NCBI GenBank assembly: GCA_902766545.1
Contig: CACXEC010000045.1
Coordinates: forward strand, 1-33,125
From: an uncultured Erysipelotrichaceae bacterium
Lineage (GTDB): Bacteria > Bacillota_I > Bacilli_A > RF39 > UBA660
DNA: 33,125 nt
Direction of reading: 5' to 3'
The position numbers were made by a program, and so were the translations under genes. Below are positions 25,279 through 33,125 of this stretch, piece by piece; the stretch's first letter is position 1; the number at the start of each line of letters is the position of its first letter. Below the pieces are notes generated by a model. It was not told where the DNA came from. It saw only the letters and a program-made list of their open reading frames with translations, and did no database searches.

Positions 25279-26187
25279 ATGAATTTAAAAGAACCAATAG
25301 TTTTAGGGCAACTAAAAAAAGAAAAATCTAGTAAGCCTATATTTGTTTTACTCGTTTTTGCGTTACTTATTGGCACTTGTTTTGGACTTCCTTCAATAAA
25401 AAAATATTTAGCAACTAATGAAAATGATTTAACTCGTTTTTATCATACTTATATTGGAAAATATTTTGATGATGATGTTGTAGTAGATAATTCTAAAAAA
25501 GAAGATAATGATAATAATAAAACTAGCTCGGATATTAAACTTATTGATGATAAAACTATTTTAGTTAAAGATAGTATAACAGTTAGTGATATAAAAATTA
25601 ATAATAATACCATAACATATAGCGTAAGTGCATCTATAAATACATATTTAGATTTGGTTAAATATTATATTGAATTATATGATGAAAATACTTCTTTAAT
25701 AGGTAGAGTTAAATTAACCGGACTTGCTAGTTCAAATAATATTACTAATACTCAAAATTTAGCGTTTAATGTTAATTCTTCTGTTTATGGTAAAGTGGTT
25801 CTATTAAATGATGATGATTATCCTGAAGTTACTATTGAAAGACTTGTGTGTAAATATAATGACAATATATATACATATAATTTTAGTGATAATAAGTTAA
25901 GGTCAATATATCATGAATATACTTTTACGAATTTAGATGATTTAAATGTTTATGTAGATTCATTAAATAATAGTAGGATAAAAAGTGCATTTATTAATAA
26001 TTTTATAAATTCTTCTTCAGCTACTACAGAAATAGATAATGGTTATCGTTTTACTGCTTATTTAGATTTAAGTCACTTAAAGATAAGTGATTTAAAAGAA
26101 TATATTGATTATAATTATTATAATTTAGATACATTATCTAAAACAGTAAAATATGAATTGGAGTCTAAAGGACTTGATTGTGCATGA
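25279..26187 (+). CDS. N-terminally anchored extracytoplasmic protein of unknown function
   Basis: GGAGG lies 8 nt before the ATG at 25279. TM is PIFVLLVFALLIGTCFGLP, followed by a D/N-rich linker and a beta-rich domain. The stop overlaps the scpA start (ATGA). Confidence 0.6.
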   Translation: MNLKEPIVLGQLKKEKSSKPIFVLLVFALLIGTCFGLPSIKKYLATNENDLTRFYHTYIGKYFDDDVVVDNSKKEDNDNNKTSSDIKLIDDKTILVKDSITVSDIKINNNTITYSVSASINTYLDLVKYYIELYDENTSLIGRVKLTGLASSNNITNTQNLAFNVNSSVYGKVVLLNDDDYPEVTIERLVCKYNDNIYTYNFSDNKLRSIYHEYTFTNLDDLNVYVDSLNNSRIKSAFINNFINSSSATTEIDNGYRFTAYLDLSHLKISDLKEYIDYNYYNLDTLSKTVKYELESKGLDCA

Positions 26188-26897
26188 ATGTAGAAATTGA
26201 TGATTTTAGTGGACCATTAGATTTGCTTTTACATTTAATAAAAGCTAATAAAATGGATATTTATAATATTAATATAGAAACAATCACTAAAGAATATATT
26301 AATTATATAAATAGTAATAAAGCCCTTACAATAGATGCTTGTAGTGAATATTTAGTAATGGCTTCAGAGCTTGTTCATTTAAAAAGTAAATTACTTTTAA
26401 ACAACCAAAGCAAAGATGAAGATGAGGAAGAATATTCTATTAATTCAGAAGAAGAATTACAAAGAAGACTTTTAGAATATCAAAAGTATAAAGAGTTAAC
26501 GGAGGATTTTAAACAGCTTGAGCTTAAAAGAAGTACTGTGTATACAAAAGTTAGTAGCAATTTACGTGATTATAGTGATGGAATAAGTTTAAATTCTGAT
26601 GTTACTCTAAATGATTTACTTAATGCATTTGAGGACTTTTTAAAAAGAAAAAAAATGCATGAACCATTAAATACAAGAGTTACTAAAAAAGAACTTAGTG
26701 TTGAAGATAGAATAGTATCTATTCGTAAGATTGTTAAAACGAAAGGAAAGTTAAACTTTTTAGATTTATTTGAAGAAGTATCTAAGCCTTATGTTATTGT
26801 AACTTTTTTAAGCATTTTAAATATGACTAAAGATCGGGAAATTATTATTACTCAAGATAAGAATTTTGGGCAAATATATATAGAAGGATGTAATTAA
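26184..26897 (+). CDS. scpA: Segregation and condensation protein A (kleisin)
   Basis: FSGPLDLLLHLIKANKMDIYNINIETITKEY is the typical ScpA N-terminus. scpB follows. Confidence 0.9.
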   Translation: MNVEIDDFSGPLDLLLHLIKANKMDIYNINIETITKEYINYINSNKALTIDACSEYLVMASELVHLKSKLLLNNQSKDEDEEEYSINSEEELQRRLLEYQKYKELTEDFKQLELKRSTVYTKVSSNLRDYSDGISLNSDVTLNDLLNAFEDFLKRKKMHEPLNTRVTKKELSVEDRIVSIRKIVKTKGKLNFLDLFEEVSKPYVIVTFLSILNMTKDREIIITQDKNFGQIYIEGCN

Positions 26898-26898
26898 G

Positions 26899-27456
26899 AT
26901 GAAATATTTAGGGATTTTGGAAGGTTTACTATTCGTAGTTGGTGATGAGGGATTATCTTTAGAATCAATTTGCAAAATAATGGATATTACGGAAACAGAA
27001 GCAAAAGATATACTTACAAAATTAAAAGAAAAGTATGAGAGTGATGATTCTGGTCTTAGAGTAAGTTTTTTAGGTAATGCCTTTAAGTTAACAACTAAAC
27101 CTGAACATAAAGAATATTATAAGAAATTGTTGGATGAACCTGAAAATACTTCTTTAGGTTCATCAGCTTTAGAGGTTTTAGCTATTATTGCTTATAATGG
27201 TCCGATTACAAGAGCTGAAATAGACGAAATAAGAGGGTTATCATCTACTTATACGATGAGAAAATTGCTTGCACAAGATTTAATTAAAGTTTCAGGTAAA
27301 TCTGATCTACCAGGAAAACCTAATTTATATGTAACGACTAAATATTTTTTAGATTATTTTGGACTTGCTACTATAGATGATTTACCAAAGGTTGAAAATT
27401 TAGAAGAATCAGAAGATAATGATTTATACAATACTATTTATAAAGAAAATGAGTAG
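26899..27456 (+). CDS. scpB: Segregation and condensation protein B
   Basis: ILEGLLFVVGDEGLSL...SSALEVLAIIAYNGPITRAEIDEIRG...PGKPNLYVTTKYFLDYFGL. Confidence 0.9.
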   Translation: MKYLGILEGLLFVVGDEGLSLESICKIMDITETEAKDILTKLKEKYESDDSGLRVSFLGNAFKLTTKPEHKEYYKKLLDEPENTSLGSSALEVLAIIAYNGPITRAEIDEIRGLSSTYTMRKLLAQDLIKVSGKSDLPGKPNLYVTTKYFLDYFGLATIDDLPKVENLEESEDNDLYNTIYKENE

Positions 27457-27489
27457 ATTTATATTAAAAATATGATATAATCTATTTAT

Positions 27490-27576
27490 GCCCATGTGGT
27501 GGAATTGGTAGACGCGTTGGACTCAAAATCCAATGATAGCAATATCGTGAGGGTCCGAGTCCCTCCATGGGCACCA
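27490..27576 (+). tRNA. tRNA-Leu (anticodon CAA), long variable arm, encoded CCA
   Basis: Acceptor GCCCATG/CATGGGC; D region GTGGTGGAATTGGTAGACGCG; anticodon stem-loop TTGGA-CTCAAAA-TCCAA; variable arm; T arm GAGGG-TCCGAGT-CCCTC; ACCA end. Confidence 0.9.
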
Positions 27577-27615
27577 GAGACGGATCTGTTCGAACTATTC
27601 GAGCATTAAATAATG

Positions 27616-27638
27616 AGAACTTGTAAGAAGTTCTTTTT
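27616..27638 (+). terminator. Rho-independent terminator after tRNA-Leu
   Basis: AGAACTT(27616-27622)-gtaag-AAGTTCT(27628-27634), followed by a T-run. Confidence 0.6.
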
Positions 27639-27721
27639 ATTATGATATATCAATGAAACATGCATACAAAAAAAGAGGAACGTTCAATATCGCAAGTGGT
27701 CGCTTCAATATAAATTGTGTT

Positions 27722-27757
27722 GACACTCTATCAGTGCTGAAGAGTGTCTATTTTTTT
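27722..27757 (+). terminator. Second, orphan plus-strand intrinsic terminator
   Basis: GACACTCT(27722-27729)-11-nt loop-AGAGTGTC(27741-27748), then tATTTTTTT. No annotated plus-strand gene ends here. Confidence 0.5.
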
Positions 27758-28028
27758 ATTACTAATACCAATTAGGTAAGAAGTGATAAAATGATGCAGA
27801 TGTATCTATTTCAGAGTAACATACTTCTGTATTGGTTTTACTAATAGGTGTGTGCAATGGGAATAATCCCTTTAGAAATCCTAAAACATAATTAAGGAGG
27901 AACTTATTTTTCAAATAATAATTAATTGTAATCGATTCTATATTTTTAAAATTCTTATGAGTTAGCAATTAATCAATGTTTTATGTTATAATTATAGTTG
28001 AAAGAAAACTTTATTTGAGGTTGATTAT

Positions 28029-28661
28029 ATGCAATTACTATATGCTACTAAAAACAATTCAAAAATTTACAATATGAAAAGGCGTTTAAAAGGGATGCCT
28101 ATTGAATTATTAACACCTAATGATATCAATGTAAAAATAGAAGTTACTGAAGATGGTAAAACACCTAGTGAAAATGCTCTGAAAAAGGCTAAAGCATATT
28201 ACGAAAAAACAAATATAGCCACTATTGCTGCTGATTCAGGTCTATATATTTCAGGTTTACCTAAAAATAAGCAACCTGGGTTATATGTTAGAAGAGTTAA
28301 TGGTAAAGAATTAACAGACGATGAAATGATAGATTATTATTCTAATCTAATGAAAACAATAGGAGGTTCTGGAGATGCATATTATATAACAGGACTAGCA
28401 TTAGTAACTGAACATGGTTCTTTTACAATAGATATCGAAGAAGACCATTTTATACTAACTGAAAAGAGAGATGCAAAGCATAATCATAGAGGTAACCCAT
28501 TAGATGTTATTACAATAGATCCTGTTTGTAAAAATTATTATTCTGAAATGACTGATGAAGATTTTAAAAATATGGGATATAAATTTGAAAAAGAATGTTT
28601 AGATTTTATACAAAAAAACTTTATTGATTATGAATATAATGCTATAATTCCTCAAAAATAG
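28029..28661 (+). CDS. Ham1/RdgB-like non-canonical NTP pyrophosphatase family, divergent
   Basis: LLYATKNNSKI...; TEDGKTPSENALKKAKAYY; IAADSGLYISGL...PGLYVRR match the ITPase motifs (ATgN.gK, E.G.Tf.ENA..KA, aDDSGL). The C-terminal GFGYDP motif is not recognisable. Confidence 0.55.
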   Translation: MQLLYATKNNSKIYNMKRRLKGMPIELLTPNDINVKIEVTEDGKTPSENALKKAKAYYEKTNIATIAADSGLYISGLPKNKQPGLYVRRVNGKELTDDEMIDYYSNLMKTIGGSGDAYYITGLALVTEHGSFTIDIEEDHFILTEKRDAKHNHRGNPLDVITIDPVCKNYYSEMTDEDFKNMGYKFEKECLDFIQKNFIDYEYNAIIPQK

Positions 28662-28801
28662 TTATTAATTATTTGACTAGAATATAGAAATGTATTTGAT
28701 AATTATAGTTTTTATGGTACCCATTACAAATGATAAGTAATTTTATATCATTCACACTTGTGAAAAGTCTAGATATCTACAACACTCGCACTATTAATAT
28801 T

Positions 28802-28821
28802 AGGCAATATTGCCTTTTTTG
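28802..28821 (+). terminator. Weak intrinsic terminator, probably the 3' end of the Ham1-like transcript
   Basis: AGGCA-atat-TGCCT followed by T6, about 140 nt after the stop at 28661. Confidence 0.4.
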
Positions 28822-28857
28822 GGGTTATTTTGTAAAATATCTGAAGTGGTGATTTTT

Positions 28858-30573
28858 ATGAAAAGAAAAAAATACTATAAAAAAATATTTGAATATTTTA
28901 AAGATAAAAAGATATTAATTATTAAATATATTATATTAGCATTATTAATCTCTGGCATTAGTTTTTTTAATCCTTATATTAATTCAAGAATTATTGTTTA
29001 TATAACTAATTTTAGTATTTCAAAATTACTTCTTTATTCATTTTTAACTATAATTCTTGGAAGTATGGTATCTTTACTTAGAAATTCATCATATCATGTT
29101 GGAACTAGAATTAGAAATTCAGTTAGTTTAAGAATAAAAGAGGAAGCTTCAAAAGAATTATTTAATATTGAGGTTAAAAACTTCGATAAAGAAGGAACAT
29201 CTTATTTTACTTCGATAATAAATTCTGAACCAGAAACTATTGCTGGTATTTTTGATAGTTTACAATATTCTATAACTGGTTTTTTTACAAATATTGGAGT
29301 ATTTATATATATTTTTATTATTAGTTGGCAAATAGGTATTTTATTTACTTTTTTGATGATAATAAATGCTATTTTATCCAAGAAAAGAATGACTGAATGG
29401 AAAAAAATTAATTCTTTTTTGAAAGATTTAGATAGTAAATATTCAAGTAATTTTTCAGAGCTTGTCAGAGGTATAAGAGATATTAAAGTTTTAAATTTAA
29501 AGAAAAATTTACTTAAGAAAACAATTTATGAGCAAGAAAATTATAAAAAAGAGTCATATGAATTTGATAAGAAGCAAGATAGAAGAAGTTTGTATTTTAG
29601 CATTGTAGATTATGTATCTGACTTTTTAATTATTTTATTAGGTGTTTTTCTTGTATGGACGGGTAAATTAACTAGCGAAAATTTACTTATAATATATATG
29701 TATCGATATCAAGCTTCTGATGTTTTTAGAAATGCTATTAATATATATGAACAAATAACTAGATTTAATTTTTCAATTGATAGGTTATATGGTTTAATTG
29801 ATGGAGAAAAATATTCTAAAGAAAAATTTGGAAAAAAATCGGTTAAATTAAGTGGTAATATTTTAGTTAAAAATCTTTTCTTTAGTTATGGTGAAAATGA
29901 AGTTTTAAAAGATGTAAGTTTTGAAATAAAGGCGAATACAACAGTTGGTTTTGTTGGTAAAAGTGGTCAAGGAAAAACAACTATTTTTAATGTACTTTCT
30001 AAATTATATACTGTGGATGATAATATGATTTTTTATGATGGAATAGATATTAATGAATTAAGTGAAAAGTCTCTTCGAGATAGTATTTCTGAAATAACTC
30101 AAAACCCTTATATTTTTAATATGAGTATTAAGGATAATTTAAGGATTGTTAATTCTAATTTAACTGAGAAAGAAATGATTAAAGTTTGTAAAATGTGTGA
30201 ACTCCACAATTTTATTATGACTTTACCACAACAATATGATACTTTAATTGGAGAAAATGGTATTACATTATCGGGAGGTCAAAGGCAAAGACTAGCTATA
30301 GCTAGAAGTATTGTTAAGAAAAGTAATATAATATTATTTGATGAGGCAACATCTTCATTAGATAATGAAACTCAAAACTATATTCAAGATTCAATAAATA
30401 AGCTTTCTAATAAATATACAATTTTAATTATAGCTCATAGATTATCAACGGTTAGGGATTGTGATAAAATTTTCTTTATTGATAATGGTAAAATTATTGC
30501 TAGTGGAACACATGATGAATTAGTAAATAGTTGTGCAAAATATAGAAATTTATATAAAAAAGAATTGAAATAA
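28858..30573 (+). CDS. ABC exporter, fused permease and ATPase (type I exporter half-transporter)
   Basis: Six-TM N-terminal half. Walker A GKSGQGKTT, signature LSGGQRQRLAIARS, Walker B IILFDEATSSLD, H-loop IAHRLST. ATG 28858 is preferred over TTG 28810. Confidence 0.85.
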   Translation: MKRKKYYKKIFEYFKDKKILIIKYIILALLISGISFFNPYINSRIIVYITNFSISKLLLYSFLTIILGSMVSLLRNSSYHVGTRIRNSVSLRIKEEASKELFNIEVKNFDKEGTSYFTSIINSEPETIAGIFDSLQYSITGFFTNIGVFIYIFIISWQIGILFTFLMIINAILSKKRMTEWKKINSFLKDLDSKYSSNFSELVRGIRDIKVLNLKKNLLKKTIYEQENYKKESYEFDKKQDRRSLYFSIVDYVSDFLIILLGVFLVWTGKLTSENLLIIYMYRYQASDVFRNAINIYEQITRFNFSIDRLYGLIDGEKYSKEKFGKKSVKLSGNILVKNLFFSYGENEVLKDVSFEIKANTTVGFVGKSGQGKTTIFNVLSKLYTVDDNMIFYDGIDINELSEKSLRDSISEITQNPYIFNMSIKDNLRIVNSNLTEKEMIKVCKMCELHNFIMTLPQQYDTLIGENGITLSGGQRQRLAIARSIVKKSNIILFDEATSSLDNETQNYIQDSINKLSNKYTILIIAHRLSTVRDCDKIFFIDNGKIIASGTHDELVNSCAKYRNLYKKELK

Positions 30574-30619
30574 AGTATAAAAATAAGTATATTTTCTCAT
30601 TATATTAATGGAGGATAAT

Positions 30620-31048
30620 ATGAAAGAAAATATAAATGCTTTAGATGAAATTCATAAAGGAGCCTGTATGGGACAAGATGCTTTATCTTTTGTTTTAGAT
30701 AAAGTTGAAGACGAAAAATTTAAAGAAGTTTTACAAAAACATTTTGATAATTATGATGATATATCAAAAGAAATTGAAGAAATGTATCCTAAATATGATG
30801 ATGGAAATCCTCATGATACATCAGCTATGAATAAAGCAATGACTTGGTCGGGAATTGAAATGAAAACTATGAGTGATCACTCAAACTCAAAATTAGCCGA
30901 ATTGTTATTACAAGGAGTTAATATGGGAATAATTGAAGGAAGAAGAATTTTAAATAAAAAAGAAATAAATGAGGAAGTTGAGTCTGTTGTTTCTAAGTAT
31001 GTAAACATGCAAGAGGGAATGTGTGAAACATTAAAAAGTTATCTATAG
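30620..31048 (+). CDS. Small helical protein, ferritin-like four-helix-bundle (PA2169/DUF2383-like) guess
   Basis: GGAGG lies 5 nt before the ATG at 30620. The all-helical sequence INALDEIHKGACMGQDALSFVLDKVEDEKFKEVLQ...ELLLQGVNMGIIEGRR was assigned to this family from memory only. Confidence 0.4.
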   Translation: MKENINALDEIHKGACMGQDALSFVLDKVEDEKFKEVLQKHFDNYDDISKEIEEMYPKYDDGNPHDTSAMNKAMTWSGIEMKTMSDHSNSKLAELLLQGVNMGIIEGRRILNKKEINEEVESVVSKYVNMQEGMCETLKSYL

Positions 31049-31092
31049 CATAACTTTTTTTTAGTATCATATATTTATAAGGGTGAGTTAAT

Positions 31093-31548
31093 TTGAAAAT
31101 AAATATTAAAAAATTGGTAATTAGTATATTAATTCCATTAGGATTAGGTTTTATAGTGGGGCTGTTATCTGGTAGTAGCGATGGATACAAAGATATTATA
31201 CAGCCATCTTTTGCACCACCAGGATGGTTATTTCCGGTTGTATGGAGTATTCTATATATTTTAATGGGAATATCTGATTACTTAATAAAAGATAATTTGA
31301 ATACCAATAGTTCGCTAAAAATTTATAAAATTCAGTTAGTGGTCAATTTAGTATGGAGTTTTATCTTCTTTAAGTTTAAATTATTCTTACTATCTTTTTT
31401 ATGGATAATATTATTAATCTTTTTAGTAGTTAATATGATTAAAAAATATATATCTATTAATAAAACAAGTGCTTATTTACAAATACCTTATTTGCTATGG
31501 ATTATATTTGCAGCAATTTTAAATTTTAGTATATATTTATTAAATTAG
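31093..31548 (+). CDS. tspO: TspO/MBR tryptophan-rich sensory protein
   Basis: PSFAPPGWLFPVVWSILYILMGIS, NLVWSFIFF and AYLQIPYLLWIIFAAILN are canonical TspO motifs. TTG start lies 7 nt after GGGTGA. Confidence 0.8.
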   Translation: MKINIKKLVISILIPLGLGFIVGLLSGSSDGYKDIIQPSFAPPGWLFPVVWSILYILMGISDYLIKDNLNTNSSLKIYKIQLVVNLVWSFIFFKFKLFLLSFLWIILLIFLVVNMIKKYISINKTSAYLQIPYLLWIIFAAILNFSIYLLN

Positions 31549-31569
31549 ACATATTTTGTCTTTTTTTTT
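31547..31569 (+). terminator. Intrinsic terminator after tspO
   Basis: AGACA-tattt-TGTCT followed by a long T-run. Confidence 0.45.
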
Positions 31570-31591
31570 ATATATTTTAGAAGGTGGTTAT

Positions 31592-32434
31592 ATGAATCAA
31601 ACTTATACTGTTAAAGCTGGAGATACTTTATATGGAATAAGTAATCAGTTTGGAGTTTCTGTTGTTGAATTAGCTAATTTGAATAATGTAGACGCAAATT
31701 CTTTAAGAATTGGGACAGTATTAATTATTCCATCAAATCAGGGAACTAATCCCGATAATATGTTTCTATATACAGTTAAAAAGGGGGATACTTTATATTC
31801 TATTGCTACAAGATATAATACAACTGTTCAAAAAATAATAAGTTTAAATAATTTAAAAAATAGTAGTTTATCAATTAATCAGGTGTTAAAAATACCAGAA
31901 ACATATAGTAATATTTCAGATGAAGTATTACCAGAATTTATAAATTATGTGGTTAAAAAAGGCGATAATTTGTATTCAATTGCTAGAAATAATAATCTTA
32001 CAGTCGATACAATAATTAAAGATAATAATTTATCTACAAATGTATTAATGATTGGTCAAATAATAAAATTAAGACTTACAAGTAATATAGGTGCAACTAT
32101 TGAAGAATGTTTTGGAGATGATTACATACCTAAAGACGAGATAAAATATACTAATTATACGGTTAAAAAAGGCGATTCACTTTATAAAATTGCTAATAAT
32201 TATAATACTAGTGTCAGTGCTATTGTTAATTTAAATAATTTAAAAAGTAATAATTTATCAATTGGTCAAGTATTAAAAATTCCTGTGATGTCAAATGAGA
32301 ATGTTTATACAGTAAAGTCTGGAGATAGTTTATATTCGATAGCTAGAAAATTTAATACGACTGTTGATAACATTAAAAGAAAGAATAATTTAAAATCTAA
32401 TCTTTTATCGATTGGACAAAAAATAATAATATAA
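31592..32434 (+). CDS. Protein made of five LysM peptidoglycan-binding repeats (spore coat/cortex-associated candidate)
   Basis: Five copies of Y(T/V)VK.GD.LY.IA...N..V..I...NNL....L.IGQ.L.IP. AAGGTGG RBS before the ATG at 31592. No signal peptide is visible. Confidence 0.85.
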   Translation: MNQTYTVKAGDTLYGISNQFGVSVVELANLNNVDANSLRIGTVLIIPSNQGTNPDNMFLYTVKKGDTLYSIATRYNTTVQKIISLNNLKNSSLSINQVLKIPETYSNISDEVLPEFINYVVKKGDNLYSIARNNNLTVDTIIKDNNLSTNVLMIGQIIKLRLTSNIGATIEECFGDDYIPKDEIKYTNYTVKKGDSLYKIANNYNTSVSAIVNLNNLKSNNLSIGQVLKIPVMSNENVYTVKSGDSLYSIARKFNTTVDNIKRKNNLKSNLLSIGQKIII

Positions 32435-32445
32435 AGGGGTAATTT

Positions 32446-32865
32446 ATGAATATTTATACTATTAACGATGATGAATTTACATCTTCTTTAGAATTTCAAA
32501 ATTTTTTAAAGGAGAATCCTACAAGTGGAAATCTGAGAATAAGAGCTTATTCAGCTAGTGAAGCTATTCCTATAAAAGGATTAAAGATTGAAGTTTCAAC
32601 ATTAATCGGAGATGATAAAGTTATTTTTTTTGAGGGTGAAACGGATAGTTCAGGATTAATTGATAGGATTAGTCTGCCAGCGCCTCTGTTAAATACTGAT
32701 AATATGATTAAACCTACTTCAACAGTTTATGATATTTATGCTAATTATCCACCTAATAATGTATCTGCTATTTATAAAGTTAATATGTACGAGGATATTT
32801 GTGTAGTTCAAAATATTAATATAGCTCCACTTATTCAAATTATGGAGGTTAGTGATGGCCGTTAG
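32446..32865 (+). CDS. Stand-alone homolog of the SleC N-terminal pre/pro region
   Basis: NLRIRAYSASEAIPIKGLKIEVS...ETDSSGLIDRISLPAPLLN is colinear with the C. difficile SleC N-terminus (LTVSIIDATNNRPIQNAVVNIYS...NESGQVTGLVLPAPDVD). Confidence 0.6.
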   Translation: MNIYTINDDEFTSSLEFQNFLKENPTSGNLRIRAYSASEAIPIKGLKIEVSTLIGDDKVIFFEGETDSSGLIDRISLPAPLLNTDNMIKPTSTVYDIYANYPPNNVSAIYKVNMYEDICVVQNINIAPLIQIMEVSDGR

Positions 32866-33125
32866 GTATCCAGTTGTGCCTAATAATATTACGGTTCATT
32901 TAGGTGCACCTAATACTGCTGGTAGAAATATTACTGTGCCTTTTACAGATTATATTGCTAATGTTGCCTCATCAGAACTTTATCCAACTTGGCCAAGAAA
33001 TGCTTTAATCGCGAATATTTATGCAATAATTTCTTTTACTTTAAATAGAGTATATAATGAATGGTATCGCTCAAAGGGATATAATTTTGATATTACATCA
33101 TCTCCAATATATGATCAAACTTATA
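32855..33125 (+). CDS. sleC: SleC-type spore cortex-lytic enzyme, catalytic (mature) region; 3' end cut by the window
   Basis: Not in the ORF track because it has no stop in the window. GGAGG(32844-32848) lies 6 nt before the ATG at 32855. MAVRYPVVPNNITVHLG...VPFTDYIANVASSELYPTWPRNALIANIYAIISFTLNRVYNEWYRSKGYNFDITSS closely matches C. difficile SleC (IPFKEYIKNIASSEIYSTWPEQTIYANVIAIISFTLNRVFTEWYRNKGYNFTITST). Confidence 0.8.
   Translation, partial: MAVRYPVVPNNITVHLGAPNTAGRNITVPFTDYIANVASSELYPTWPRNALIANIYAIISFTLNRVYNEWYRSKGYNFDITSSPIYDQTY

Noticed and set aside
27577-27612. A possible tRNA fragment or att site (GTTCGAAC palindrome, T-arm-like GGATCTGTTCGAAC) right after tRNA-Leu, suggesting an integrated mobile element.
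   Set aside because: It cannot be folded into a T arm plus acceptor stem. I saw no direct repeat of the tRNA 3' end downstream by eye. There is no integrase, recombinase or phage gene anywhere in the window.
27653-27775. A 40-codon plus-strand ORF (MKHAYKKRGTFNIASGRF...) between the two terminators.
   Set aside because: It has no RBS, it reads straight through the terminator hairpin, and its composition looks random.
27762-27968. A 68-aa minus-strand ORF downstream of tRNA-Leu.
   Set aside because: It has a TTG start, no Shine-Dalgarno and no recognisable motifs, and a plus-strand terminator abuts it. I treated the region as non-coding, or at most a decayed remnant.
28713-28739. An 8-codon mini-ORF (MVPITNDK) upstream of the weak terminator at 28802, considered as a leader-peptide attenuator for the ABC exporter.
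   Set aside because: It has no RBS, and I could not draw an anti-terminator alternative pairing. The hairpin is explained more simply as the terminator of the Ham1-like gene.
28029-31548. The Ham1-like gene, ABC exporter, helical protein and TspO considered as a coherent novel system or island next to the tRNA.
   Set aside because: The genes are separated by their own terminators and promoters. There is no shared regulation signal, no mobility genes and no known functional link. I kept them only as individually annotated accessory-looking genes.
1-33125. A scan for CRISPR arrays, rRNA, IS elements, long direct or inverted repeats, and known defence-gene signatures.
   Set aside because: None was seen. 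The only repeated DNA is the tandem paralog pair at 13.9-17.2 kb, the five LysM modules and the two TspO paralogs.

Overview
Very AT-rich chromosomal segment from a spore-forming, low-GC Firmicute (Clostridia or Erysipelotrichia-like). Most of it is a compact core neighbourhood for cell division, cell wall synthesis and sporulation. Gene order is: tmk-like, cse60-like, murJ(ytgP-type), trmB, a lipoprotein/acidic protein/DUF948/YtxH cluster, dut, DUF1292, a coiled-coil SLT-like protein, an EIIB-like protein, a CotY/CotZ-family coat protein, gatD-murT (minus strand), ftsA-ftsZ, two large secreted paralogs, spoIIGA-sigE-sigG-ylmC, lspA-rluD, a TspO-like gene, a rhomboid protease, lexA, miaB, an unknown gene coupled to scpA-scpB, and tRNA-Leu(CAA). 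After the tRNA come a Ham1-like NTPase, an ABC exporter, a four-helix-bundle protein, TspO, a 5xLysM protein and a two-ORF SleC-like cortex lytic enzyme. I saw no CRISPR array, rRNA, transposase, integrase or recognisable defence genes. The best candidate for something undescribed is the tandem pair of about 555-aa secreted paralogs between ftsZ and spoIIGA. They combine a TasA/SipW-type signal-like N-terminus with a cysteine-patterned DUF6273-like C-terminal module. Other points worth a second look: (1) a MurT/GatD pair whose GatD lacks the catalytic Cys and His; (2) an SOS-box-controlled 45-aa membrane protein divergent from lexA, a candidate YneA/SosA-type division inhibitor; (3) a spoIIG-type promoter with a Spo0A box and long spacer wrapped around the upstream terminator, apparently giving a leaderless spoIIGA; (4) a SleC homolog split near the zymogen activation point. 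Several enzyme-family members here have lost signature or catalytic residues (GatD, SLT-like domain, EIIB-like domain, second TspO). All functional calls come from reading motifs by eye. No database search was run.
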